Positions 39,326 through 54,636 of a stretch of DNA of 64,000 nucleotides are shown piece by piece. Position numbers and translations under genes: made by a program. Position 1 is the stretch's first letter; every line of letters starts with the position of its first letter. The notes beneath the pieces are model-generated. The model was not told where the DNA came from. It made no database searches and saw only the letters and a program-made list of their open reading frames with translations. The stretch spans positions 39,246,001-39,310,000 of the forward strand of contig OX597825.1 in the NCBI GenBank assembly GCA_951406725.2, in the 5' to 3' direction. The stretch is from Octopus vulgaris. Its lineage: Eukaryota.

Positions 39326-39640
39326 TGACGTCGCATGGTTCAGTGGCTAGAGAGTCGAGATTGCGATCGTGAGGTTGTGAGTTCGAATCCAGGAACGGGG
39401 TGTGCGTTGTGTTCTTGAGCAAAACACATTATTCCACGTTGCTCCAGTTCACTCAGCTGTAGAAATGAGTTGCGACGTCAAAGGTGCCAAGCTGCATCGG
39501 CCTTTGCCTTTTCGTTTGGATAACACGAGTGACGTGGAGAGGGGGGGACGTTAGGCATGGGCGACTGCTTGTCTTCATTAAAGAAGCTTGCTCGGACTTG
39601 TGCCTTGGATGGTAACTTTCTAGGTGCAACCCCATGGTCT
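39325..39640 (+). mobile_element. tRNA-derived SINE, family 3
   Basis: A box tggttcagtgg and B box gagttcgaatcc, followed by gtgttcttgagcaaaacac central domain. Confidence 0.8.
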
Positions 39641-39706
39641 ATATTATATATAGGTTTAAAAAACAGATAATTTTCTTATGGTATCTTAAATATTCTCTAG
39701 AACAAC

Positions 39707-39838
39707 GCTATGTACAAAGCCAAATATATGGCACACTAGGCATAACACCAACATGAACTTCTAACTTGTCTCGTGAGGTCTCTGGGTGAGACTTGGAGCC
39801 AACTTGTACGAATGTAAAGCAAAAGTCAAACATAAGGA

Positions 39839-39917
<79 letters not shown>

Positions 39918-39920
39918 TAA
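39707..39920 (+). mobile_element. R4/Dong family A 3'UTR stub followed by (AAT)n
   Basis: Reverse complement of 3993-4110 / 10348-10470; immediately followed by an ~80-bp (AAT)n tract. Confidence 0.85.
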
Positions 39921-40123
39921 CATTGAACAATACCTTTGGAATGAGAACTCCCGTTCGAAGTTTCCCCAAGTCACCTGATGAAAGGTGGAAGGTGTATCAG
40001 CCAAAACGTTGTGTTATCAAGAATCAAGAACAAGATTAGTACACATCCGTCAAATGTAACTAAGGAAATTAATGTAAATAATTCCTCATCTCTTAAATAT
40101 ATACCTGTATAACAGCATATATA

Positions 40124-40190
<67 letters not shown>

Positions 40191-40239
40191 GTATGGATGA
40201 ATTATCCTTTGTTTACCGTTAACATGGACATTTTAATAA

Positions 40240-40890
40240 ACAGTTACCAGGGTAGCAAAATTCACGCAAGCAACAAGGATGTACCGACCTATTCAAAGGT
40301 AGAAACTCCGGGTTAATGTGCAGTAATTTGTGTTGTATAAATGGAGTTGAACGTAGATGCTATTCAAATTCTTTTATTTTCGACATATGTTTCGAAGACA
40401 ACATTCGTTTTATTCCAAAGGAATAAACGGTGTAAATGCAATCTTCTCAACAGGAAAGAAAGAGAACTTTTCAACAGCAAGACATTATAACAATTTTGAC
40501 GACTGCGTTTAATTCCATTTATTTACTTATATATATATATATAATTATTAATATATATACATATAAATACGCACAATTATATATATATATAGATTTGAAG
40601 GAAACAGAAGAATCAAAATACATTACGGTGATATAAAATTGAGACTGCTACACAATTGTCAACTCCGAGTTAATGTGCAGTAATTTGTGTTGTATGAATG
40701 GAGTTGAACGCAGATGCTATTCAAATTATTTTCGACATATGTTTCGAAGAGAATAAAAAAATTTGAATAGCATCAGCGTTCAACTCAATTTATACAACAC
40801 AAATCACTGCACATTAACTCGGAGTTTCTACCTTTGAATAGGTCGCTACATCCTTGTTGCTTACGTCAATTTTGCTACCCTGGTAACTGT
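40240..40890. repeat. pLTR-like repeat in direct and inverted partial copies, same family as 30108-30300
   Basis: 40240-40400 repeated directly at ~40665-40750 and inverted at ~40760-40890. Confidence 0.75.
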
Positions 40891-41654
40891 CCGACGAACG
40901 GGAACGTGAAACTCAGAGTAACAGGTTTTGTTGAATTTTCTGCTGCTTTAAATAACGCATATTATTCTTCCACTGGTATTTGAGTACTCTTTTTTCCACC
41001 TTGTTTCACATTTATGTGTTTACTCCGGTATATATATATATTGGCGAGTCGTGTCCTGTCTTGTCTTCGAAACACGCTGGAGCCGAACTAGTGACAGCTG
41101 ATGATAGGGGATTTTTCCCTTGTGTAATATGTCCTATACTCTGTTTTTTCTGTTGCAAAAAAATGATTTCTCCGTTTTCATTTCTCGTTGAGTTCTACGT
41201 CTCTGTTGTGATTCTGTTGTAAAAAAATGTTTTTTCCGTTTCCGTTTTCGTTTTTCGTTTCTCGTTGAGTTCTACGTCTAGTTGTGGTGTCCTGTACTCA
41301 CGTGTATATATATTTATATATGCATGTATATATACATGTAGATGTAGGTACGTACATATATGTTTGTATGCATGCATATATTTTATTTATTACACTATTG
41401 TTTGACAGCGCCCTCGCGTCGGGTTCGCTTCGATTCGTTCCGTTTCTTATTCTCCCAGTAATGTTTCATATATATATATATATATAATTATAAACACACA
41501 CACACACATATATATAGAGACGCATATAAGTCAGACAGAAAAGGAGTTGACAATTGTGTAGCAGTCTCAGTTTTATATCACCGTAATGTATTTGGATTAT
41601 TCTGTTTCCTCCAAATGTATATATATATATCAATAGATTGAAGTATGTATGTAT

Positions 41655-42958
41655 GTACCTCTTCCGATCGTTGTACCTGCTGAGGTGGAAGAGTTTTTGT
41701 GACCCAATGATTCCCAGAGCGATGCCATCTGTTGCACTAAACCTCTTGTAGGGCAACCCATGGCGGCAAGGTCGAGGATAATGTCCCAGACCAAACACGA
41801 CTAAACACCAACATCTAGAAGCCAATGGTGAAGCAATTAGAGGAGAGCAATCTGAAGCCCTTCTTGGGTGATTCCGGCGGAAGAGGGCAACGCCTGGCCG
41901 GCAGGAGCGACAGCGGCGGTTGCACTCCGGAAGTTCACAGTAAACAGCCTCATCAAAACTGCATGTCTCAATAATTGAGCCTCAGTAGAACGTTCCTGGC
42001 CAAGTGCGTGCGCGTGGCCCTAGCGCAGCCATGATCACCTCAAAAAATTTACTCACCGACTGGCTTCGTCTTTCTGCTCTTTGAGTCTCAAAAATTATAC
42101 AGAAGCCTAATGCCGGTGGGATCGCGAGGCGCCGGCGGCTGGTCTGGAAAGCTGGAAATCTCTAGCGCGTGATCACAAATTGGCGGCGAATATTAGATGT
42201 CGCTCTCCAAGGAATAGCTGTGACATTTGGAGTTCAGCATCTAGACTAGTGACTGGGCTAGACTTTTTAGGATTACAGCAGCCCACCTCTTAATGGGGAG
42301 CTTCTAGGAAGTTGGAGGTAAACATCGGACTCGGCAACTCGATCTGGAGAGCATATTGCAGCTAGAGGACCTCCCACCCAGCTGTCGGAACTTTACTTCT
42401 ACTCATCCAATATCAACTACTAAATCCGTTGTTTCAAAACGTCTCACATTCGGGGCCTGGACCATCCGCACTCTCCAAGACAAGAGTCACATCAATCATC
42501 CGGAGTGACGGACAACCCTTGCCCGCTTCAACATCGACGTGGCCGCTTTGAGCGAGACTAGGCTTCCCGGAGAAGGCACCATCATAGAATCTGGCTCCAA
42601 ATACAGCATTTTTTGGAAGGGGAAGTAACCTAACGAAGCATGCATCCATGGAGTTGTCCTTGCCATCAAAACGAAACTCGTGGATCAACACAGACTCGTA
42701 TCAACTACTGTCAGTGAGCGCCTGATGATTGTTAGGATCAAGCACATTCGGGACAGATATCTTACGCTGATCTCTATGTACTCCCCTACTCTCACATCTG
42801 AAGACGGCGTGAAAACTTCGTTCTACAATCTGCTGGACCGCTCCATCCAGACAGTCTCCGCGTATGACAAACTCGTTGTGTTTAACGGCAGTGACCATTG
42901 TTTGCGGAACGGCATTCTTGGTCATCATGATATTGGGAAATACCATGCTATATTATGA
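41655..42958 (+). mobile_element. RTE-clade LINE 5'UTR + AP endonuclease, 3'-truncated
   Basis: FGAWTIRTL, NIDVAALSETRLPGEG, SERLMIVRI, LISMYSPTL...FYNLL. Confidence 0.85.
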
Positions 42959-44989
42959 CGTAATTTTTAGATTGACTACCGTCATTTCGTTTCTGGTTTG
43001 CATATGGATAGATGAATCTATATTCTTTTACTTCTTTTAGTCATCTGACTGCGGCCATGCTGGAGCACCTATACAATAATCTTTATGATTACCGTTGGTT
43101 AAGTATTTGATTTATTTTTTCATGGTAATTTTATTGTTGTCTCAGTGTAATCATACATATGATGAACATTGTTAATTGGTATATACGTTTTATGGCACCT
43201 CATCCATAGATGTTTGTGATTGCCATTCATTTTAATGATACAGCCAGTATTAAAACTAGTAGTACGTTATTATATAGCTAGCGAATTTCTTAATTTAAAA
43301 GATCACCATTTTGCTCCATTGTATAAGTATAGAAAATATCGAATATCAACAGTGTTAATGTTAGTTATTCTCCCGATAGAAATGGTGATAAGACTTTCTC
43401 GAAGTTTATATTAATCTTGCGTGAGTTAAGTCGTCCCAATTTTCGAATTACCTGGGTTATTGTAGATAGTGTGCAACTATACAAGAACAGCAGTTTCAAA
43501 TCAATGATGTGGTGTACCTTCGCATGAGCGAAAAATTGAGAATTTTCACGCGAAGCAGAAACAGTTTAGACAAAATTACTGAACTGTTAACGCCTTGTAT
43601 GCACACGGATGGCTATCTCTCATGCAAATACAAGCGTCCTTGAATTTCAGTCCTGGTTCACAAATAATGTTGGTTTCCAAAGGCTGGATATGAAAACCTG
43701 AGGCATGGCGGAACACACCACGTCCATTTTTTTGGTTCTCTCTCCATTTCATTTTACTACTCAATCCTTTCCGTCGAAGACCGTAGTCTCAAATGTCAAA
43801 GACTTTTCTATTTTTCTCGATCGATAAACTAATACACAGGCTTGTCATTTCCTCAACTGTTTTCTACAAATTTGAACAAGATATGTATGTGTGTCTGTGT
43901 GTACAACAGCACCTCACTGAATATGGTCATTCAATATGCATAAAACCGAATATATTCATTCGGGTTTATGCATCCAAGCATCACGCTTGAAAGAGCATCA
44001 AGCTGCTTCATGTTCTTTCGGTATATGGACCGAGAATCGACACTATAAAGCAACGATGACAAAACCACCAACCTGTACACATGCAACATTTTCATTTCAT
44101 CCTGGGAAAACTAATCATTAGAACGCAAGACCTGGCGTAATCGTGATTCTCTGCATTTGATAGATTTGATCAAAGTCGACTCCAACATCGGGGCAAAGAT
44201 CATGCAAGCATGAAACACACTGGCAAAACACCTCCCCTCTAAATAAAAATTTGTTCGTTATTGTGCTTTTGTGGCATGGGGAAAAGCAGCCCTTGCTGTC
44301 CACTCAAAGAAATACAAATAAATGATTCACAAGCACTTGAGCAAACTAAGTCTTTAGCTTGTTCCATTTATCAAAATGTTTATAAGGCACCAGCAGGTTT
44401 GAAGTGACGCATGCATGTCCATAGATCATGATTACTGATTTATTATAGTAAGCACTCATGTGTCGTTCGCGATAAGATAATTTATCATTTACATATATGT
44501 ATATAAATACACACACACAAACACATACACACACAAACACAAATATGTTTAATATTTGTAAGCAAAGGCGAAAGGCTTTGTAAGTTACGGAGAGGAAGCT
44601 ACTATGGAAGACACACAATATGAAGATAGCTGTACAATAACATATATAAGTTTTTTCTATTTTTAAAATGACACACTGGAAAGTTCAATAATATTTTATT
44701 CTCCAACTTGAAGAGACAATTCTTAAGTAAAAACAAATGACTGACAAATGGACCCACAAATCAACACTTACACGGTTCCTTGCACATCTTATTGGGCCAA
44801 ACGCCCACCCATCAATTTCAACCAAATTTAGGGAATACTTAAACTGTTTAATACAACATATATTTTCAAACAAACGTGAAATGCTTTGTAAGTTACGGAG
44901 AGAAAGCTACTATGGAAGCTATTATGTAATAAGTCCACATTATGCAAATTCATGCATATACATACACAAACACATACCCACACACTAAA

Positions 44990-45425
44990 ATTTCATTTCA
45001 GTTAAAAATGGAACCGTCTTGAAGCCATTGTGGAAGCTGAATTCAGCAACTTAAAATGAAGTGTTATACATATATGGGAAAGATACAATTATGCTCCGGG
45101 TATTAATTAATTTTTTTATTCTTTGTTATTGTTTCATTCAGGTAAGGTAAGTAAACGGAAAATAATATCATACCAGGGTCTAATGCGATAATTTATGGTG
45201 CATTTTAGAAAAACAAGTAAGGAGTCGAAAGCTTCCAGTATGATCACCAGAAGAACTGGAGACTGTTTTAGGTGTAGCATGGACAAAAATGATCAAACTG
45301 TGTACGAGTCATTAGCTCGTACAATTCAAGCTTTAATTACTGCCAAAGCGATCCTACCCATATTAATATAAATGTGTTTGAAAATTTAAGGTCTTTCCAT
45401 TACTCTTTCAATCTGTGTTTAATTG
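44990..45425 (+). mobile_element. Tc1-like transposase C-terminal remnant
   Basis: Frameshifted LWCILEKQVRSR...PEELETVLGVAWTK...RTIQALITAK, resembling the Tc1 C-terminus. Confidence 0.55.
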
Positions 45426-46345
45426 ATAGGATACAATTATACACAGATTGAAAGGGGACTGATTTAAAATTCTAAAATAATTCAGATTGTTTTACATTCA
45501 TTAGCAAAACATACTAAGCGAAATAAATGAAAATATTTATACACACCCACAGAAAGCGCACACACAAGGCGAGTACACACATATTTACAAATATGTACGC
45601 ATCGAATTTTCTTAATATGAATTATTTTTGAATTACAAATCAGACCGCTTTCCCGCTTGTAACCAATGTATGTATAGTGAAGATTTGCAGTGGCTGGACG
45701 TATCTGACACCTATTTTCAGCATTTATTCATTGTAGCGTCCGTACCCTGAAGTATAATTGTACCCTGTGCAATTATGTATTTTTGTATATGCAGGCCATT
45801 GATAAAATTCATTAATTTTAATGGTTATTATCCTTTAATTATACTTAAACGTATCCAAATCACTTCGTGTCACTTCATTTACCTGCGTACTATTGCGACC
45901 AAAGGCACGCGTGTTGAGGTGGATTAAGAAAATTCGATGCGCGTATATATGCGAATATTTATCTATATTCGTATTTTGCGTGTGGTTTTCTGAGGATGTG
46001 TATAAATATATTCATTTGTTTCGCTCAGTAGGTTTATCTGATGAAGGAAAAGTTATTAAACTAATCCATAAATTGGTCAAGACTAAACTAACTGAATTAT
46101 TTAAAATTTCAAATCAGTCTGGTTTCGATCTGTGTACATATTAAGAAGATGTGCAGTAGCTGGACGTATTCTCCATCTATTTTCAGCATATAGGCATGGT
46201 AGCTTCCGTGCTCTTTTATATATTATTGTATTCTATATACTTAATCTCTATATATGTATTTTACTTAAAAGGTTATATTTTATTGAGAAATTTCAATGAT
46301 TTAAACTTTTAATTATGTTTATATATATATGTATATTTATATATG

Positions 46346-46420
<75 letters not shown>

Positions 46421-46840
46421 TCGGCACAGTGATAAAAGGGTTAATGATCTTAACAGAAAACAAATATTGAGAGATTGTTATCAATTCTCTTATGACTTAA
46501 TACATGTAACCATTAATATTCACCACTTTGTCAATAGCAATTCTACATGTGTTAATACGAACCACTATAAAAGAGAGAATAAAATAGAAATATACAATAT
46601 TCCTTGAGGCCAAATATATAAGCTTCATTCGTGATCATTTTGAAGTGAAATAGCTTAAAGCACTATGAAGATGGGTTTCAGGATATATGTGCGTAGTATA
46701 TTCTCTAAATTTGTATTTCATAAATTCACAAATGACACTACCAATAATCTCAGTACACAGATATATCTACACGTGTAGTGCAGAGAACATATTCATAATT
46801 TACCGAACTCTCTTTCTCTCTATCTGGCTCCGTTTCATTT

Positions 46841-46943
<103 letters not shown>

Positions 46944-46956
46944 GTATGTGTGTGTA

Positions 46957-47000
<44 letters not shown>

Positions 47001-47009
47001 TCATTTTTT

Positions 47010-48600
47010 GGCATGAACATTTCGAGAATCTTAAAGAATTCCAAGCACTTTTAAATGGACTTGCCGTAAACAACCAATTCACGATGGAATATAGCCTGCA
47101 ACAACGGCCCTTCCTCGACATCCTCATTAAGAAATCTAACAACGTAATAGAAACAGATATATACCTTATGGATTCCGAGCAATATCTATCCTTCAACTCA
47201 TGCAACCCCAGACACACGAGAATGAGTATCCCCTTCAACCTAGCAAAAAGGATATGTACTATATTTTATAATGCAAACACCAAAGACACACGACTACATG
47301 AACTAAAGGATACACTCATCACTAGGAACTACCCGCCTTCACTAATTGACATATGCTTTCAACGTGCCCTTCAACTCAACATCCATGAACTCAGACATCC
47401 CAAATTAAAGAAAGATTTACAACCAAAAGCCCTACCACACATTTCCACACAGAACCCTCTCAACAATGAAGCCTTTGACATCATCTTCCAAAACATACCC
47501 CTGCTAAAAATGGACCACAGAATGAACTTAATCCGCCAATCATACACCATCATAAAAAGTAAGACAGTCCAAATCTATGAAAAGTCTAACACAAGCCCAA
47601 ATACTCTCAACAACACAGAAGCTATCAGGAAAAAAGATGTGGAAAACCCAAATGTGGGATATGCATCAATTTAATTGAGGGATCATAGTTCTCCTTCAAA
47701 CAAGGACAACGTTTCACAGTGAAAAGCAACTTCACATGTGCTTCGGAGAACCTGATATACTCACTAACCTGCTCTGGGTGTCAAGAGCAATACATAGGCC
47801 AAAGAAAAAACAGTCTACGTAAAAGAATGGCTCTGCACAGATCCCAGACCAAAATTCCCCAAAACAGAAAAATAGCATTCAACCAACACATAGATATTTG
47901 CGCCAATGACAAAAATCCAAGCTTCAGAATTTTCCCCTCTGCCAATTCAGGGACGATACAACCTGGAGCCAACGAATTGGTGAAGAGACTCTCTTTATTA
48001 CAAAATACAGACAACTTTTGAACGCGTCTACGACAGACGACTTATCCACCACGGCTTTAGATTAACACAAATACACACGCAAATATTAAAAATGACACAC
48101 TCAAGCGATTCCCAAGAATTCATAAGAAATATGTTCCAATCACTGCTATAATCCATAAAGTGCCAATTTTAAGTCATTTGAACATTTATCACCTTACTAC
48201 TTTCATACTACCAACAATCCTTCTTATTTTCCCATCTCCAAACTAAAAGAAGCCTGTCGTATGTATATATAATGTCATGCATCCATTTCCAAGTCAGTTT
48301 ATCTATACCTTATCGATGCGACTCTACTGTATACTTCATTCATACTTCCCTAATTTCCTATTCTCCCCTCCCTCTTTCACCGTTTTTCTATCTCTCCCAC
48401 TCTTTCTCTCTCCCCCTTTCTCTCTCTCCTTGCTCACACGTGACCATCGTCCATCTCTTCTCTCCTCACGTGACCATCTTTCTTTTCCTTCACCGACGTC
48501 CAAAGGACTGGACGTTTTTTCTCTCTCTTCTATCTTTTCAGTATGTTCCTCTCGTTCTTGTCTAACGACCCTCCATGTTTGTTTTCGTTCGGTTTCCTAG
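47010..48600 (+). mobile_element. Penelope-like element (RT thumb, Cys-rich linker, GIY-YIG), 5'-truncated at (TA)n
   Basis: [51 protein letters not shown]. Confidence 0.85.
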
Positions 48601-48894
48601 CATGTCTCCACTGTTTTGATTTTATTCCCAACTTTGACCCCCATATTGTCGTTGAATACTCGAAATGAGGAGTAGATCGAAAGCCGACAAATGACGAAAG
48701 GTCCTTTCCCTGTGCTTACCTGTCCTCTTTTCCATTTTTTTGTTTCGTTCTTTGCGTATTAAACTTGTTTGTCTACGTATTTCATGTTGATTACTCAGTT
48801 GCTGACGTCCTGTACCCATATATGCATACACATGTGTGTGTGTGTTTGTGTGTGCGCGTGTTTTTGTGTATAAGTGTGCATGTCTGTGTATATG

Positions 48895-49100
48895 TTTGTG
48901 TGTCTGTGTTTGTGGTCTACCATCATTTGACAACCGATGTTGGTGCGTAAACGTCCCCGTAACATAGCGGTTCAGCAAAAAGACACAATAGAATAAGCAT
49001 TAGGCTTACAAATAAGTTCTGGAGTCGATTTGTTCGAGCAAAGGCGGTGCTCCAGCATGGTTACAGTCAAATGCCTGAAACAAATGAAAGAATAAGTATC
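48895..49100 (+). mobile_element. SINE family 2, 3' half
   Basis: Related to 20040-20235; ends ggcggtgctccagcatgg...tgaaacaaatgaaagaataa. Confidence 0.6.
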
Positions 49101-49479
49101 GCTCCAAGGCTTAAATAGAACAAGGTATTGCTCCAAGGCATAACTGACCGCGATATTGCAAAAACAATATCTGAAACCTGAAGAAGGATAAATAAGTATT
49201 CTACTTGGGTAATTCACAATTTCGTGGTTCTCAAACAGATGGAACTTATAATTGGAAGAATATATGTACAGATCTGACTCCGCTTATTCGCATATGTACG
49301 TATATTTGCATATACAAATATATTTGTGTTAAAATACACATACACACATATGCAAGTGTGTGTGTTATACTGTGTGTGTATATGCATATATATATTGTCT
49401 ATGTGTGTCCAATTTTGCATATATTGTGCGCTATAGGACTAACATATTTTGCATTTGCAGCCCCATTGGTGGCTGGTGA

Positions 49480-52050
49480 GCTCTACTCCTGACCAGTATA
49501 CACGACTGCAAACGTTGCGAACCAAGCATTCCCAATATGCTATACTAACAATGTGCTTTCGAGCAGCACGTTTACATTCTTCATTCAGAATACGAGCTCT
49601 CTAAAATGTGCCGATCCCTTTCTTAACATCTGTGGGGATGACAGTCATTGCTCTCCCAGTCAGTCCCTGTATATCACAGGCATTTAATGAGGACTTGGCA
49701 CACTCATTAAATGGTTTCTGCCAGGGTCTCTTTCCATTAACTAGTTGCCCATACAGCATCCTGCAATTTTGTTCTAATAAGGTAACCGATAAGGTCCAAC
49801 GTAACCGATGGTTGTGCACCTTCGCCTCAATACTCAAGTTATCAGCAGTCCTCATGGCCTGTGTCTGGTGTTTTTAAGGTCCAGACAATATCCACAATGT
49901 GTCTGAAGCATCTTTGACGAAAGCGTTCAAGGATCTTTACATGACATTTGCAAAGGGTCCATGCCTCATATGAGTAAAGCAGCAATGTCAGTACACATGC
50001 ACGGTTTACAGCAATGTATCCTTGCTTTGTAATGCCATGCTGGGACCAGACACGAGACTGAAGAGACCTGAATTAATCAGTCGCTCTCGTACATAGAGCA
50101 AGAACGGATTAGTGTGGTGCGCGGGTAGATGAATTATCTAACACTTTCAGTATTGTTCCTTCAACCAATATAACTGGTTGCACATATGAATTTCCTGCTT
50201 CAGGCTGGAAAATTACAACAATTTTGTTCAGGCTAACGCTGAGTCCAAATGCCTTACAAGAAGCAGGAGTACGATTTATAAGTATTTGTATGTCATCCAC
50301 TGTATGAGTGACAAGGTTATAGCCATCTACATAAAGGAGGGTCCTGAATGAGAGACTGGAACACTTTTGAATTGGCAGCAAATCGGCGCAGATTAAAAAG
50401 CGGCCAGATGATCGATACCTGTCATATATTCCCAGAAAGCAAATCTTAGCAAAACAGCAGCAGTGTACAAAAAGTCTCCTTGGAAAGTAAATGAGTTGGT
50501 GTAGAGCACTTTGGCTCATAAAAGTGCTTGATAAGATAGTAAGGCTCCTTACTGTCAGTTGCATCAACAGCAACCTAAACATCACAAGCAAGATCTTCCT
50601 ACCAACCGTTCTGCATATTCCCGAGAGAGCGCTGCAGTAGTGGTGTTACATTGCTATAGATGGCAAGTGCTAGATTTTGCTGTACAGCTGAAAGTTCTCT
50701 GTGCAGCAATACATCATTGGCATGACACCTTACAACCAATAGTTGCTGAATTTCAGCAGTATTTTCATCAAACCATTCTCTGTTAGGCCTAGTGTGCACA
50801 ATATATGCAATAACCCAGTATTTCAGCAGCACCTTGAAGAACATGGTCTCGAAAATCTTCCCATACTGTAGTATTGTCAAAGCTAGACAAGCGAGTCTAA
50901 ATCTTTTTTCTGTAACATAGTATCTTATAACTTGTGGACATTCAAACGTTGAGGAATACCAACTTTCCTTCTCTCTTTCCATCTAGTTATCATCTGGAAC
51001 TTTGCTCGCACCAGACTGTAGTTTGTTCAGCATTCTGATGCATGAATGAACATGACATTACAAATGTCATAGATGTCACGTCTGCAGATCATTACATCAT
51101 CCAGCACATGCACCCACGCTGTTCTGTGATCGCCTTTGTGCATCAAATGAGTGCTTGCCATGTAAAGTCCATGCTCATCGCAAAGCGTTAGTAGCAGGAG
51201 ACCACTTCTGTTCATTTTCCGTACGCCAAAACATCCTAGAGAGTTTCATCTGTGCCAGTTTGTTCCAACTCAGGATTTGAAATTCCCCAGTTGAATGACT
51301 TTATCAGAAGTGCGGATATTACTAAGTTAGGCTCTCTGTTGGGTATAAAAAAATATTTTTATCTTCATCACAATAAGTCAAATTAGGTTTATAGGCATTT
51401 ATTAGAGTAGTAAGTCGCCCAGCTTTCAGGTGCAATCGTAGATATTCATTTATATGAACAGGAACCTCCTCAAAATTCTTAAGGATATCATATCGAACTG
51501 CAAAGTCGATACCAGCTTCTCTATGCCCCTCCTTCTGCCTCGCCATCAAAAATAAAGATGTATCCACCTCCTACTTCCTCAAGCTGATCATCACCTTCTA
51601 TACGAGTCTCTGAAAGTGCAGCTATATCAATGTTATAACGGTTCAGCTCGCGAGTAACAAGTGGCGTGATAGTTTCTGGCCTACAATCATTCTTTTATCC
51701 ACCAGAGTGTGCCCATTCTAACATGAAATGTTCAAGTTCCATCTGGACTTTGTAAATAAATGTCTCTTTGTTTTCCCAGCGCAGGGTGGACGTCCGTCAG
51801 TCGCGCTAAACTGACCTGCTGTAGAAAGACAGACAATTTTTGTTTCACCTTTTCTAGAACCTCCTAAGTCTCGGGGTGAGCAGTGCCCTCTCCAAATGGA
51901 ACTGCTCAGACATCCATGCATCAAACGAATCCTATTGCTGTCTTGCGCGACAAAGTCACGTGTTTATATCTAGCTTGGCCCACCAGTGTGCAGATCGCTG
52001 ACTACAAGTTTCCAATCCGTGAGGCGTGCCTTTTTAACGATTCTTGTATC
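49480..52050 (-). mobile_element. RTE-clade LINE, heavily degenerate (endonuclease to C-terminus)
   Basis: GIDFAV, LINAYKP, MNRSGLLLLTLC, WFDENTAEI, LLYVD..FGLSVSLNK, HRLRW..MLYGQL..GKRP. Confidence 0.85.
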
Positions 52051-52107
52051 GCCGAAGGACGTTCGAATAAAAAGAAATACTAAAAAAAAAATATATATAT
52101 ATAGGAG

Positions 52108-52145
<38 letters not shown>

Positions 52146-52934
52146 GAATATAACATGACATATCGAGAAGAAGTCAGCAATGCCTGTGCAGAGTTTTAGG
52201 TCCAAGAAGTCTTAAACACCTCATACACTATTTATATTATCCACTCCACTCTATTGACATTATCCAGAGACAAGCGAGACCGAAATGTTTGGAGCCAATT
52301 TCAATCGCAGTCTGAGGGATGTGGCAACGCCATGATCTGTATCAAAAACCAAACATCCCCAAAATGTCCAATTTCATTCCCTGTATATCTGGATTTATAT
52401 CAGAGTGACCTTCTTTTAGAGACATGCTTCAACAGAAGCTGAGGAGTGCTTCATTAGCAGTGGTCTTCGAGAAAGCTGGACACATCTCGGAATTGCTAGA
52501 TAGCTGTTGAGCTTGCACTTGTCTCATTCGACTTTTCAAACAACACTTGTTCTTCATACTGCTAGTTTTCTAGTAACCATCCACACCAGGGTAGACTAGT
52601 GGGGGTATCGGTTTAGTCGCCGACAACCCGAAAGTATGTAAATTTGTGTGTGTTTGTGTGGGTATACATATTTACATAATTATATCGAGGGAGATGGGGT
52701 AAAAACGACATTTTCCCACCATGCTTGAAGTGTCGATAACTTCAAAGGCTACTAAAAAACTCCAACTAAAATACACGTTTCTGAAAGCTGGCTAGTGAGA
52801 GAAAATTTAAACGACCTCATGTTAAATGTGAATTGGCTCTAATTTCTGGATTGAAGCACAAAATAGCATTTTTCATTCGTTAACACAATACACAGTAGTC
52901 GGCGTGCTATAAAAATTGACGACCTGTGTCCACA

Positions 52935-52939
<5 letters not shown>

Positions 52940-53000
<61 letters not shown>

Positions 53001-53089
53001 TATGTATGTATATATTTATGCGTATATGTAAGTATATATATATATATATATTTATACTTATATATATATATATATATATAGGTATATAC

Positions 53090-53162
<73 letters not shown>

Positions 53163-53251
53163 TATGTATGTACATATTTATGCGTATATGTAAGTATATA
53201 TATATATGTATATATATTTATACTTATATATATATATATATAGGTATATAC

Positions 53252-53330
<79 letters not shown>
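52940..53330. repeat. (TA)n tract with ~165-bp higher-order tandem duplication
   Basis: Interruptions tttatgcgtatatgtaag, tttatactta and ggtatatacg each occur twice in the same order. Confidence 0.85.
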
Positions 53331-53335
<5 letters not shown>

Positions 53336-54405
53336 GACATAACATTCGACGCCACAAATATCCTAGCAGCAATAAAAGAAATAAAATCCTTATTGAGCAG
53401 TGGGTCCGGATAAGTTCCCTGCTAGAGTGCTAGAGGAATGCAGACAATAGCTAGCAACCTCTCTTGCAAATCTCTGGAGGAAATCACTGGATGCTGGTTT
53501 TAGCCCTTGTCTCCCATTCTGTCGTCTCCCTCTTTAAAAAAATGAATAAATCGCTCCCAGTAAACTACCGCCCAATAGCACTTCACATATCATGAAAGTA
53601 TTCCTAAAACACAATCATCTCCTAAATTGTAACCAGCATGGCTTTCGTGGTGGGAGGGACTGTTTAACACAGTTCCACCACCATTTTGATGACATCTTAA
53701 ATGCATTAAGTGACGGCTCTAACGTGGATGTCATGTACCGTGATTTCAGTAAGGCCTTTAACAATATACTGTTAAAGACACTATCCAGCGCTGGAGATGG
53801 TGGAGACCTACGTCAATGGATTAGGTATTTTTTAACAAACAGGATCTAGCATGTTATGGTTGATGGCATCTACTCAAAACCAGGAAAATCATCAGTGGAG
53901 TTCTGAAGGGTACCATGCTGGGTCCACTTTTTTGTTGTCTAAGATCCAGTAAATCATTAAGGGAGCCTATGATCGAAAAATAATTCAATTTGACATATGC
54001 GCAGTAACACAGTGGGCCCAATAAAACAATATGCATTTATACGAGGAAACATTTGAGCTCATCCACTTTGGAAGAGAGGGAAAACCCAAACCACCATATA
54101 CACTAACGTCGGGAGACCTACTTGAGCCGGTGGATAATATCTGAGACTTAGGTGTAATAGTCGACAGCAACCTTAGCTGGAGTTTACACATCAACAAAAA
54201 AATTGATGTTTCCCGCTGAATTTGCTCATGGATCTTCAGAACTTTCCATCTCGGGATTATGAAATAATCATCCTACTTTTCTCCACATTTGCTAGGTCCC
54301 ACCTCGAATGTTGCTCTCCATTGTCGTCCACCTACAAAAACAAAACATAATTATTATCGAAGCGCACCAAACATCAATCACAAAGTATAAATGGCGTGAT
54401 GGGAC
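53330..54405 (+). mobile_element. CR1/L2-like LINE RT fragment, degenerate
   Basis: NYRPIA, NQHGFRGGRDCLTQ, VDVMYRDFSKAF, SGVLKGTMLGPL, DLGVIVDSNLSWSLHI. Confidence 0.8.
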
Positions 54406-54428
54406 TTGAATATCTATCTATTTATCTA

Positions 54429-54527
<99 letters not shown>

Positions 54528-54562
54528 GTATATATGTATATATATAAATAATATAAATATAC

Positions 54563-54636
<74 letters not shown>

